Position numbers and translations under genes: made by a program
In this document: one piece after another, positions 31,111-40,610 of the stretch
Position numbering within the stretch: position 1 is the first letter of the stretch
Layout: each line of letters starts with the position of its first letter
The notes under the pieces: generated by a model
Database searches by the model: none
Told to the model about the DNA's origin: nothing
The model's input: the letters and a program-made list of their open reading frames with translations, nothing else
NCBI GenBank assembly: GCA_023409735.1
Contig: JAEYRB010000010.1
Location: 153,404-217,403, forward strand
Origin: Bacillota bacterium
Lineage (GTDB): Bacteria; Bacillota; Clostridia; Acetivibrionales; DTU013
Direction of reading: 5' to 3'
Length of the DNA: 64,000 nt

Positions 31111-31515
31111 TTACTTAAAATGTACATCAACTACGGTAATATGGTTGTCAAATTGATTTGTGCCAGATAATAAATCAAATACATTCAAATTGTTAGAATC
31201 TATATGATTACTTTTTAATTCCTTTATAGGAATAGTCATAATCATGTTTGCGCCTATTATACCGGATAAATTTGTTTGTAGCAATTTCTTTTGTAATTCT
31301 TTATCTTCTACTTCTAATACCTTAGTCGTATTTTTCATACTGTCAAATTTTATAGTAATATATCCAATATCTTGTTGTTGAGAATAATCTTCTGCTGAAC
31401 ACCCGACAGCAATGAATGAACTGAAATCTTTAGGTCTATTAGTTAAAATAAGAATAACTGATGAAATTACTGCTATAGTTATAAACATGATAAGGATAAT
31501 TTTCTTTTTACTCAT
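31111..31515 (-). CDS. hypothetical membrane-anchored protein
   Basis: GGAGGA 7 nt before ATG 31515; single N-terminal TM (IILIMFITIAVISSVILIL) and an AT-rich coding region; no family recognised. Confidence 0.5.
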   Translation of the reverse strand: MSKKKIILIMFITIAVISSVILILTNRPKDFSSFIAVGCSAEDYSQQQDIGYITIKFDSMKNTTKVLEVEDKELQKKLLQTNLSGIIGANMIMTIPIKELKSNHIDSNNLNVFDLLSGTNQFDNHITVVDVHFK

Positions 31516-31678
31516 TAGATATTCCTCCATCTATTATGCAAATAATCTATACCTCGCAGTTATTCTAATGTTATCTCTAATAGCAACCCGGGTCAAGTCT
31601 TTGAAAATTATACATATATACTCACAACCACGGTATTTGTTTGATTTTGCAAAACCTGCACCCCCTGCAAAACTATGG

Positions 31679-32434
31679 CTAAACCGCAAGCCTCTGTGTA
31701 AAGCGAGACAAGAATTCCTTTGTCCTTGCATTCTTAGGATATTCAAATATATCCTTAGGGCTACCTTCTTCACAAATAATACCTTCAGACATGAAAACAA
31801 CATGGTTGCTTACATCATGTGCAAAAGCCATTTCATGTGTTACAACGATCATGGTCATTCCATCTGCAGCAAGATCCTGCATAACTACAAGCACTTCGCC
31901 AACTGTTTCAGGGTCAAGGGCTGAAGTAGGCTCATCAAACAGCAGTACCTCCGGGTCCATGGCAAGCGCACGGGCAATTGCTACACGCTGCTTCTGTCCG
32001 CCGGATAATTGATGCGGCTTAGCGTTTATATAAGGCGCCATTCCAACCTTCTCAAGGTACCTTATCGCATGCTTTTTTGAATCATCCTTATTCTTTTTCA
32101 GCACCTTTGTTTGTCCAATAACGCAGTTATCAAGAACAGAAAGGTTGTTGAAAAGATTGAAGGATTGGAATACCATGCCAACATGAGTCCTATATTCAGA
32201 TGCATTTACCTTTTTATCTGTAATAGGGGTGTCATGGTAAAGTATTTGACCTGTAGTTGGTGTCTCCAAAAGGTTTATGCAGCGCAGCAGCGTTGATTTT
32301 CCTGAACCTGAAGCACCGATAATTGAGGTTACATCACCCTTTGATACAGTAAAGTCAATATCACGAAGAACAACATTTGTGCCAAAGGTCTTACCTAAAT
32401 GACTTATTCTTAAAATCTCATCACTCATTATCAT
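31679..32434 (-). CDS. amino-acid ABC transporter ATP-binding protein
   Basis: [24 protein letters not shown] and [11 protein letters not shown]; polar amino-acid uptake (GlnQ/HisP-like) type. Confidence 0.9.
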   Translation of the reverse strand: MIMSDEILRISHLGKTFGTNVVLRDIDFTVSKGDVTSIIGASGSGKSTLLRCINLLETPTTGQILYHDTPITDKKVNASEYRTHVGMVFQSFNLFNNLSVLDNCVIGQTKVLKKNKDDSKKHAIRYLEKVGMAPYINAKPHQLSGGQKQRVAIARALAMDPEVLLFDEPTSALDPETVGEVLVVMQDLAADGMTMIVVTHEMAFAHDVSNHVVFMSEGIICEEGSPKDIFEYPKNARTKEFLSRFTQRLAV

Positions 32435-33231
32435 ACCCTCCTTTTCATTTCAGGACCATGCAGTAATCCGCTTGTATGTGCAAGTGTATCTGTTGTTGCC
32501 AGGTCAAAGTTTGCATTTCCATCCAACTTCTTTTCCCACTTACGAAGGATGATGGAGGTCATCAATGTCATTATGAGATACACAACCATGGCAATAGACA
32601 TACTCTCAAAATACCAGTAATATGCTCCGGCAGTCTGCTTAGCCGAATAGAACAGCTCTACGGTACCGATTACGCTTAAAACAGAGGTGTCCTTGATATT
32701 AATGATCAGGTTGTTGCCTATTTGTGGGATAATATTGCGCAGCGTTTGTGGAAATACGACATAGAGCATAGTCTGGAAATGTGTCATACCAATTGCCTTT
32801 GCGCCCTCTGTCTGTCCGTCGTCAACCGAAATGATACCTCCGCGAACGGTTTCAGCCATATATGCTCCGGTGTTAATAGATACTATAAAGAAGGCAGCTG
32901 TCCACATACCCATACTCAAATTCAGATACATCATAGCACCGTAGTATATAAACATCGCCTGTACTATCATAGGAGTTCCGCGGAATACTTCAACGTAGAT
33001 CTTCATAATAATATTTGCCAATTTGAGAAGTATACGCTTCGCGATAGAATCATTGTTGTTAACTGGAATAGTTTGTACAATTCCTACAATGAAACCTATC
33101 AGGCAGCCGATCACTGTGCTTACAACTGCGATCACTAATGTTGTGGCGGCGCCTCGCAGGAAAGAACCGTTATAATTTGTTAATAAATAAATAATTCGTC
33201 CTAAAAAATCACTTGGTAAATTGCTTGACAT
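32431..33231 (-). CDS. amino-acid ABC transporter permease (His/Glu/Gln/Arg/opine family)
   Basis: EAA-loop region [22 protein letters not shown]; AAGGAG 10 nt before ATG at 33231 (track ORF extends to 33312). Confidence 0.85.
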   Translation of the reverse strand: MSSNLPSDFLGRIIYLLTNYNGSFLRGAATTLVIAVVSTVIGCLIGFIVGIVQTIPVNNNDSIAKRILLKLANIIMKIYVEVFRGTPMIVQAMFIYYGAMMYLNLSMGMWTAAFFIVSINTGAYMAETVRGGIISVDDGQTEGAKAIGMTHFQTMLYVVFPQTLRNIIPQIGNNLIINIKDTSVLSVIGTVELFYSAKQTAGAYYWYFESMSIAMVVYLIMTLMTSIILRKWEKKLDGNANFDLATTDTLAHTSGLLHGPEMKRRV

Positions 33232-33406
33232 AATGAAAGAACTCCTTTCCGAAACAAGGCGGTTAACAACGCTCAGCGGCACAAATAAATCAAATAAAAG
33301 TCTCGTAGGCATTGAGCCCCTTTGGCCTATTCTATTGCTATTTGGGCAACGCCATTAATTGAAAAAATGAGAGCAGAAGCTTGCCTGCTCTCATGTATAA
33401 GTCTGC

Positions 33407-34246
33407 TTATTCCGACAGCGGCTGTACAGAAATTGCTTCCTTCATGATTTCTTCATAGTCATCAGCAGTCATTGTGCTAAGAACGCTGTTGATTTTTTCA
33501 ACCAGCTTTGTGTTGCCCTTCTTGCAGCTGATGCCTATATTGATTTCTTCATCAGATACCTCGTAATTGTCGTCAGTACCTGTGAAATCCATAAGCTTCA
33601 CATCAGGGTATGCATTAACTGCAGCAAGCGCTGTAGGATAATCGGTGCATACCAGATCAACCTTGCCTGATTCAAGTGCAACAAGCATTGCAGGCGCGGT
33701 TTCCTGAGCAGGAAGAATATTTGCATTCTTTATCTGAGGAAGACATACATCGTACCAAACAGTATTGAGCTGTGAAGTACAGGTTGCGCCATCAAAACCG
33801 GAAATTCCTGTTGCATCCGCGTACTTGCCGTCAGCCTTTACCAGTGATACAAGAGATGCATAGTAGTATGGAGTTGTGAAATCAACAGTCTGTGCACGCT
33901 TTGCGGTAATTGACTGACCGCAGATACCTGCATCGATCTCACCGGACTGTACTGCCAGAGGAATTGAATCCCAGTCCATCTTGTATACTTGAAGCGTCCA
34001 GCCGTTGGCCTCGCATATTTTCTTTGCCATCATAACATCATAACCATATGCGTAATCGCTGCTGTTAAATATTTGCACACCACCGTTGGAATCATCTGAT
34101 TGCGTCCAGTTATACGGGGCATAAGCGCACTCCATACCTACACGGAAAACCTTTGTTGACAAAACAGATTTGTTGTCAGCTCCGCACCCGGCAAGTGCAA
34201 TAACAAGTATGCATACTAATACGATCGATAAAATCCTTTTTAACAT
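33407..34246 (-). CDS. amino-acid ABC transporter substrate-binding lipoprotein
   Basis: Lipobox LAGCG, then a family-3 solute-binding fold (FRVGMECAYAPYNW...). Confidence 0.85.
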   Translation of the reverse strand: MLKRILSIVLVCILVIALAGCGADNKSVLSTKVFRVGMECAYAPYNWTQSDDSNGGVQIFNSSDYAYGYDVMMAKKICEANGWTLQVYKMDWDSIPLAVQSGEIDAGICGQSITAKRAQTVDFTTPYYYASLVSLVKADGKYADATGISGFDGATCTSQLNTVWYDVCLPQIKNANILPAQETAPAMLVALESGKVDLVCTDYPTALAAVNAYPDVKLMDFTGTDDNYEVSDEEINIGISCKKGNTKLVEKINSVLSTMTADDYEEIMKEAISVQPLSE

Positions 34247-34308
34247 TTTGTTTCCCTCCTATTTGTTAACATGACAATTCTTTAACATATTCGTCAAATT
34301 TTTATATT

Positions 34309-34520
34309 AAAAAAACCATGGCGGCAATGCAACCATGGCAACGAATAGACTTTCGCAGCAATGACAGCGCTCCGCGTTTGCGGCAGTCCGTCGAATATTG
34401 TTCGACGTCCCAGGCAATCAAATTCTCAGGCAAGAATCCAACCCTTCGGCGAAAAGCCCTTTCTCATGCTGCGGATGCACTGTCCATAGCAGGTATGGTA
34501 CTTATCCTTTTCGCGCCTCT
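34309..34520 (-). promoter_or_regulatory. lysine riboswitch (L-box) with terminator, in the 5' leader of the amino-acid ABC operon
   Basis: Minus-strand RNA reads AGAGGCGCGAA..AGTA..GAGAAAGGG..TCGCCGAAGGG..GCCTGGGAC..CGGAGCGCTGTCA, then CCATGG-11 nt-CCATGG plus T7 (34338-34309). Confidence 0.8.
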
Positions 34521-34612
34521 ATCATAATTTTGTGTACTATATTAATGTATTGAATCAAATATAAGACTTTTTCGGCTTTATGTCAAGCCTGTTGGAGAAT
34601 AATCAGTCCAAT

Positions 34613-34680
34613 TTCATGAGACCAATTTCATGAGACTTCATGAGTACTTATTTCATGAGTACTTATTTCATGAGTTTCAT
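34613..34680. repeat. five closely spaced copies of TTCATGAG (spacing 14, 10, 15, 15 nt)
   Basis: Copies at 34613, 34627, 34637, 34652 and 34667, with a partial TTTCAT at 34675; just upstream of the riboswitch-operon promoter region. Confidence 0.8.
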
Positions 34681-35171
34681 AAAGCAGTGATTTTTTATTA
34701 AAACGATCCTTAACTTTATCGCAGGCCCCTTTCTCCGGTTCACTTGTTAATACATGTTCACGAAATGTGTCAGATCTTTTAATAGCTACGGCTTTTACAT
34801 TTTAGTTGCACTGAATAATCATAAGCTTGTATTTGGTAAGCTTTGTGGAAAGTAATATTTACGAAGCTCGTAAACGCATTCGGCAGCTAAATATTGAAGA
34901 AGGTACGAAAGGGAAAATATTCAATATATAAAGCTTTGCCATATATTTATGAACAGGAAGGATAATACAATTGATCAAAAACTTCCTTATTCCTTATTGA
35001 AGGTGCAAGTGAAGATATAGCAATAATCATACTGAGCTACTTTTTTCGGCTCGTCAAGCAACTGGTCCGGAGGATATAATAATATTTTTTCTGTGTTGGA
35101 TGCATAAGCAAGAAGATTGATGCCAATCTGGTCTTGAATGCTTGTTTCTTTCAATACTCCGCTGCAGGTAT

Positions 35172-36068
35172 TTATGGAGAAGGAGTAGGTTTCCCATACG
35201 GCAGTAATCCCCTTATGTGAGCATGCATCTCATCAAATTTACTTGTGCGTATTTGAATGCGTTTCCCGATGCGAGCTGCAAGGTTATATGCAAAGTCTTT
35301 ACAAGCATCCTTGTTATACAGTTGTATGGTGCTCAAATGCATCACATCAAGGCCTTGCCTCTCAAGAATTGATGATCGCATAGTATCCTTACCCTGTTCC
35401 AATGGTGTGTTATGAAAAGCAAAGCTATCATATTCAACTGCCACTTTTGCTTGCCTATAATATAGATCAGCAAAGCAGCGATATTGCCCAAGCTGTGCTT
35501 GCGCATCATCTTTTAAAATTATCTCATAATTAAATGCTACACCGTTAAGCCCATATCCACCTAGAGCATAGGGCAATGCAAGAACCATATAAGAAAGCGA
35601 TTCCATGATCGATGCGGAGCCGTTTTCTATATACTTTACTGCTCGTATGGCTTTGCGATGCCCTCGATGCCATGCGGCTCTTGAAAGAAATGTAGTGAGC
35701 TTTTGTTTTGTTGTGATTGCTGCAGCAGGGACTCCGGGAGGATGTGCACATAATTGCAGACCCAGCAGAATTAGCCTGTGAATATCTAATTTGAATGCAA
35801 GCTCAAGGAATAGAAGCTCGGGTGATGCGACCTTTTTACCATCTTGGGTTTTTACAGCACCTGCTGGTAGAGGAATTTCACACGAGTGGGCAATCTTTCC
35901 ATTAGTACGAAATCGGTCAACACGCTTAGAAACCGAAATATCTATTGAATCGGTCTCTTTAACCTTATCATTAAGAATAGTGTCGATATTTGGAATGTTC
36001 CACATTGTGGCAGCAGTGTAATAACTAAAATAACCAATCATGTAATAATTATACATTTTATCGCACAA
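35172..36068 (-). CDS. hypothetical protein with a C-terminal DUF559/Vsr-like endonuclease-fold domain
   Basis: VASPELLFLELA... and C-terminal VAVEYDSFAFHNTPLEQGKDTMRSSILERQGLDVMHLS resemble the EYDG..H....D..R...L...G motif of DUF559 proteins; no good RBS, start uncertain (TTG 36068 or ATG 36056). Confidence 0.45.
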   Translation of the reverse strand: MCDKMYNYYMIGYFSYYTAATMWNIPNIDTILNDKVKETDSIDISVSKRVDRFRTNGKIAHSCEIPLPAGAVKTQDGKKVASPELLFLELAFKLDIHRLILLGLQLCAHPPGVPAAAITTKQKLTTFLSRAAWHRGHRKAIRAVKYIENGSASIMESLSYMVLALPYALGGYGLNGVAFNYEIILKDDAQAQLGQYRCFADLYYRQAKVAVEYDSFAFHNTPLEQGKDTMRSSILERQGLDVMHLSTIQLYNKDACKDFAYNLAARIGKRIQIRTSKFDEMHAHIRGLLPYGKPTPSP

Positions 36069-36115
36069 AAATTCAAGGGGGATACCTATAATTAATAAAG
36101 TGTCAAGTGTTAGAG

Positions 36116-36439
36116 GTTACTGTTTAGACACCCTCTTTACTGGAGCTATTGTGCAATGTAAGAACACCAATAAGCGTAATGCAGCCTAGAGATATCTTGT
36201 CAGAGCGAAGATCAGCAAGTCGACTGTTTGAGGAAAAATGCTTCATCTTATTTTACTCCGAAGCATTTTTACGAGTTTCGACTTCCTAGTGCTTTTACTT
36301 TGTAAAAGCATTACATTAATGTAGCCTCTTTTTAGCGCTTGCGCTAAAAAATACTTGCTTAACTAGATAGCTCTTGCAAATGGAGCATCAGTTTCGTCAT
36401 TGTGCAATAGCTCCGTAGATTTTATGTCTGAACAGTAAC
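36116..36439. mobile_element. 324-bp MITE-like non-autonomous element with ~43-bp imperfect terminal inverted repeats and an 8-bp target-site duplication
   Basis: TGTTAGAG at 36108-36115 and 36440-36447 directly flanks GTTACTGTTTAGACA...GGAGCTATTGTGCAATG (left) and CATTGTGCAATAGCTCC...TGTCTGAACAGTAAC (right); no ORF; three perfect internal hairpins. Confidence 0.6.
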
Positions 36440-36641
36440 TGTTAGAGCATAAAGATGTGCAAAAATACAAGTATGGTGTAAATTATTAAATATAATGGAA
36501 ATTATAGGGCGTAAATGAGCAGAATTTCAAGTACGGTGCAGATGTATAGGCGAAAACTAATGTTTCATGCGGTAATTAATGAAATAATTCTATGCTTTGA
36601 ACGATAATGGCAAGTGTTATGTAAACAATGGTAGCAAATGC

Positions 36642-36719
36642 TGTTCCGTAGTTGAAAAACTGCACAAAAACTTGCGATTTTTCTAAAGACGTGTTCCGTA
36701 GTTGAAAAACTGCACAAAA
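36642..36719. repeat. exact 28-nt direct repeat x2, period 50
   Basis: TGTTCCGTAGTTGAAAAACTGCACAAAA at 36642-36669 and 36692-36719. Confidence 0.9.
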
Positions 36720-37012
36720 TACTGAAAATTTACAAGAATTGTTCAGATATTTATTATATAGAACTAGCAAATACTCATTGGGTAGCGGTACTATGTATTT
36801 AGTTGACTCATGTCTTGACGAATTTCAAAATCTAATCGACAATATGAGTAACCGCCAATTCATAAAGTAGAGAACTACTGATATACAACGGCGAATTAAT
36901 GGAGCTAAGAGTTATAGTGAATAGTTCCTAATACTTAACGACGAATTGGGATCAAGTATAGGTATTATAAGAAGTAGAATTAATATTGAAAAAAGTGTGT
37001 AGGGATAAAAAA

Positions 37013-37513
37013 ATGAAAAATTTATATATTGTCGGCGGCACAATGGGTGTTGGAAAGACGACCACATGTCGGATACTTAAAGCTAAATTACATAACAGCG
37101 TTTTCCTTGATGGCGACTGGTGCTGGGACATGGAACCTTTTCAGGTAACAAATGAAACCAAGGCCATGGTGATGGATAATATTTGTCACTTGCTTAACAA
37201 CTTTATACGCTGCTCAGCATATGATAATATAATTTTCTGTTGGGTCATGCATGAGCAGGCAATTATTGACGATATTATATCAAGGCTTGACACTAGAGGC
37301 TGTTCCATAAGAAAAGTATCCTTGATCTGCAGTAGAGAGTCGCTCATTTGCAGGCTGAAAAAGGACGTGCGGGCTGGCCTAAGAAAAGAGGATGTAATTG
37401 AAAGAAGCCTCGCAAGAATTCCGCTTTACTATGCTTTGAACACTCAAAAAATTGATGTATCAAATATTACCCCTGAGCAGGCAGCACAAAAAATTATGGG
37501 AATATGTGACTAG
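37013..37513 (+). CDS. P-loop NTPase / small-molecule-kinase-like protein
   Basis: MKNLYIVGGTMGVGKTTT Walker A at the N-terminus; ~166 aa; ATG 37013 (track ORF starts at TTG 36986). Confidence 0.6.
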   Translation: MKNLYIVGGTMGVGKTTTCRILKAKLHNSVFLDGDWCWDMEPFQVTNETKAMVMDNICHLLNNFIRCSAYDNIIFCWVMHEQAIIDDIISRLDTRGCSIRKVSLICSRESLICRLKKDVRAGLRKEDVIERSLARIPLYYALNTQKIDVSNITPEQAAQKIMGICD

Positions 37514-37625
37514 GATAAGCAGCTCGGCTAAATGTACCGTTTCAATGGCGATAATACCATCTCCGCGGCGATAATAACTTGTGAGAATCTTTATAGAATT
37601 GTTGATAAAAATATTTAATCGTGGA

Positions 37626-37889
37626 TTATTTTCCACAGCCCAGACTAACAGCCCAGTTTACATGTTTGCTGCGACAATCTTTATAGTCACAGTCTGTAAG
37701 CATGTGAGTGACTGAAGCTTTAACCTCACCAGAACTACGTGCAAATGGTCGTCTGGTACCAGCTGCAAGCAGTTTGTTAATAAGTTTCTGAAGTAATTCT
37801 TTAGGTAATGTTTGAAGTAGTCCTTTATCCTTCGGGGATGACTGTTTGTGTGAATTATCGATGTGATTATTACAGCATGCAGAAGGCAT
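37626..37889 (-). CDS. hypothetical Cys-rich 87-aa ORF (doubtful)
   Basis: Open frame only; no Shine-Dalgarno upstream and no recognisable family. Confidence 0.25.
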   Translation of the reverse strand: MPSACCNNHIDNSHKQSSPKDKGLLQTLPKELLQKLINKLLAAGTRRPFARSSGEVKASVTHMLTDCDYKDCRSKHVNWAVSLGCGK

Positions 37890-38289
37890 ACGAAGCTTTA
37901 TGCAGGGGGAATTGCTACATGCCTGTAGAATATCCGCAGAAAATATATCTTAAAACCAAGGTTGAGGGAAGCATTACGCTTAGATAATACGAATAACATT
38001 ACTAGCGGGATTATTACTGTAAAGTAAAAAAATAGGACTGTAAAAGCCGACATTGCCGTTGGAGAGAAATCTGTTTTTCAAACCGCTGACAGCAAAAAGT
38101 TATTCTTAAAAATTAATCTTGACAGCATACAAAATATAGTAAAGTATATAATCATATGTCGGCTAATAACAAGGGGTCTAAAAGTACCTTATGTTAATGT
38201 TATATGGTTGATATTATTTCACTTAATGGTTGATATTATTTCACATACAGGATGAACATTAAATTCATCAGAAAGCTTGGGGTGCCAAA

Positions 38290-39186
38290 ATGACAGACTC
38301 GATAATAAAGCAGGCTGGGGAACAGGGAATAAGACTTGCCGTAATTCCAAGTGAATGTTTGAACGATGTAAAAAGCGATATTTCAAAGCTGGCAAATGAA
38401 AACGAGCTTAACGGTTTTCAAAAATGGATAACAGAAGAGCAGTATGTGCTCGATATACCTAAAGTTGCCTTTGAGGTAAGCTCAATTATTGTTGCTGTTT
38501 TTCCTGTTAAGCTTATTCATACTTTATATCATTATAAAGGAAGGTGTGCCAGAGACATCCTTGAATACTCGGAAATTGATGTGAGAGCAGTTGTTAAGCT
38601 TCTGGCCAAGCAAAATGGTTTTAATGCTGAGACTGTGGAATGGATTCCGGAAAAGCGTATTGCAGTTCGCAGTGGGTTATGCGAGTATGGAAGAAACAAC
38701 ATTGCATATTCGAAGGATTTTGGAAGCTTTATGGGAATTAATGTTTTTATAAGTGATCTATTACCTGAAAAGTACATCTGGCGTGAGGTCAAAAACGCTA
38801 ATGCTTGTACCAACTGTGGCTTGTGCATAGAAAATTGCCCGACAGGTGCGATTTTGCATGATAGATTTTTAATTAATAATGAATACTGTATAACAAAAGT
38901 CAATGAATGGGGTACACATGAAATGCCTGAATGGATTCCCAAGAAGGCGCATCACCATTTGACAGGATGTTTGCGTTGTCAGGATATTTGCCCTATGAAT
39001 AAGAAATGTTTTGCCGGCATATCGGATAAGGTCGAGTTTAACGATATAGAAACAGAGTACCTTTTATCGGACAAAAGTCATGCAGCACCTGATGGTCTGA
39101 AGGAAAAGTTGGAAAAATGTCACATTGATTCAGCCTATGAAAGCTTGCCGAGAAACCTGCGGCTGATGCTTGATAATGCGGAATAA
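38290..39186 (+). CDS. 4Fe-4S dicluster protein, epoxyqueuosine-reductase (QueG)/reductive-dehalogenase-like
   Basis: CTNCGLCIENCPTGAI and LTGCLRCQDICPMNKK resemble the two QueG cluster motifs; shorter (298 aa) than canonical QueG. Confidence 0.55.
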   Translation: MTDSIIKQAGEQGIRLAVIPSECLNDVKSDISKLANENELNGFQKWITEEQYVLDIPKVAFEVSSIIVAVFPVKLIHTLYHYKGRCARDILEYSEIDVRAVVKLLAKQNGFNAETVEWIPEKRIAVRSGLCEYGRNNIAYSKDFGSFMGINVFISDLLPEKYIWREVKNANACTNCGLCIENCPTGAILHDRFLINNEYCITKVNEWGTHEMPEWIPKKAHHHLTGCLRCQDICPMNKKCFAGISDKVEFNDIETEYLLSDKSHAAPDGLKEKLEKCHIDSAYESLPRNLRLMLDNAE

Positions 39187-39204
39187 TTACTGGGAGGCTT
39201 TAAA

Positions 39205-39828
39205 ATGGTAAATCGCTGTATTGCATTTGATGTAGAAACTCCAAGCTATGCAAATGACCGTATTAGCGCTATCGGTATAACGGTCATCGACAATGGTGTT
39301 ATTGTTGACGATTTCTATTCTCTTGTAAATCCGGAGGTTCACTTTGATCCATTCAATATCCGTCTCACAGGTATTACACCGAAGATGGTAGCAGATCAGC
39401 CAACATTTCCACGACTTTGGGAGAAGATAGAGCAAGTTATGGGCAGCGGCCTGCTGATTGCCCATAATGCACCTTTTGATATGGGTGTACTGGCACAATG
39501 CTTGAACGCTTATGGAATAGAATGGCAGCCTTTTACATATTACGCCTGCACCTGTGCAATGGGACGGGCCTGCTATCCGAAGCTCGAAAATCACAAACTA
39601 AACACACTTTGTGATTATTTGGGTTTCGAGCTCGATCATCACAATGCCGGAAGTGACAGCCGCGCCTGTGCCATGCTGCTGCTGAATTACATACAGCATG
39701 GTTTGAAGACTGATCGTTTTATGAGACGGTATGATTTGATACAGCGTTGTACAATTCGTCAGACTCCGAAATCACAGCCAAGTGAGGAAACAAAACAGTT
39801 TCACAAAATGAAAACACTGCTTGGTTAA
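39205..39828 (+). CDS. DEDDh 3'-5' exonuclease (DnaQ/epsilon-like domain)
   Basis: Exo I AFDVET, Exo II LIAHNAPFDMGVL, Exo III HHNAGSDSRACA; starts 18 nt after the previous gene. Confidence 0.8.
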   Translation: MVNRCIAFDVETPSYANDRISAIGITVIDNGVIVDDFYSLVNPEVHFDPFNIRLTGITPKMVADQPTFPRLWEKIEQVMGSGLLIAHNAPFDMGVLAQCLNAYGIEWQPFTYYACTCAMGRACYPKLENHKLNTLCDYLGFELDHHNAGSDSRACAMLLLNYIQHGLKTDRFMRRYDLIQRCTIRQTPKSQPSEETKQFHKMKTLLG

Positions 39829-40235
39829 TTTCAATCATTTCTGGTCTGGAGTCCGAAGGTATAATATCTATTTCCGTTCTGTTCCCTATGTCCGGATAAT
39901 ACCGGAATCATTTTCTTCAATTGAATATACCAGGGCACCGGACAGGAACTCTGCATATTTCTGCACTATGTGACCTTGTCATTGGTAAATAATTCCTTAA
40001 ATTTTATTCAATAAACCCATATTCAGTCTAGATCTATATTGTCAGCGGTGAGACTGCATTTAAGGTAGGTGTGTGGCACTGACAAGATACAAACTGAATA
40101 GGACAAAAAAATTTTTGTAAAGTATTGACATACTACTTTGTTGGATGTATAGTTAATTACATAAGTAATGAACCGAGGTGCCAATGAACTAAGGCAGCCA
40201 GTTAACTATTTAATTAATGAATGGAGGTGCAAAGG

Positions 40236-40610
40236 TTGAAGCTGGACTTTAGTAATGAAAAATCTATTTACCTTCAGATTGCCGAGAGTATTGAGGATGA
40301 TATTATCCGGGGCGTAATAGAAGAGGAAACACAGATCCCTTCGATAAACCAGATGGCTGTCCTGTATAAAATAAATCCTGCTACGGCAGGCAAAGGCATA
40401 AATGTATTGGTAGACCGTGAAATTGTATACAAGAAGAGAGGTATAGGTATGTTTGTTGCAAGCGGTGCAAAAAAGAGAATTCAAGAGTCAAGGAAAAGCA
40501 TCTTTTATGAAAAATATATCATGGCTTTGATTGAAGAAGCAAGAAAACTCGGTTTGGGGACCACTGAGCTGATTGAAATGATAAAGAAGGGGGCAGAAGA
40601 AGATGAGTGA
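40236..40610 (+). CDS. GntR-family (YtrA-subfamily) transcriptional regulator
   Basis: IYLQIAESIEDDIIRGVIEEETQIPSINQMAVLYKINPATAGKGINVLVDREIVYKKRGIGMFV; GGAGGTG 6 nt before TTG 40236 (alternative start ATG 40221). Confidence 0.75.
   Translation: MKLDFSNEKSIYLQIAESIEDDIIRGVIEEETQIPSINQMAVLYKINPATAGKGINVLVDREIVYKKRGIGMFVASGAKKRIQESRKSIFYEKYIMALIEEARKLGLGTTELIEMIKKGAEEDE

Noticed and set aside
31534-31924. ORFs 31412-31924 (+) and 31534-31803 (-) bridging the hypothetical gene and the ABC ATPase
   Set aside because: They overlap the well-supported ATPase gene in antisense or alternative frames, and have no RBS or recognisable motifs.
34318-34527. 69-aa plus-strand ORF
   Set aside because: It is antisense to the lysine riboswitch and explained by it. 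It has no RBS.
34995-35170. Protein-like reading frame (..KETSIQDQIGINLLAYASNTEKILLYPPDQLLDEPKK..) just downstream of the DUF559 gene on the minus strand
   Set aside because: It has no ATG and no RBS, only a poorly placed TTG. It may be a gene remnant, but I cannot support a call.
36642-36719. Possible mini-CRISPR (28-nt exact repeats)
   Set aside because: There are only two copies and a 22-nt spacer, which is too short. No cas genes or leader are present, and the surrounding sequence is related stutter.
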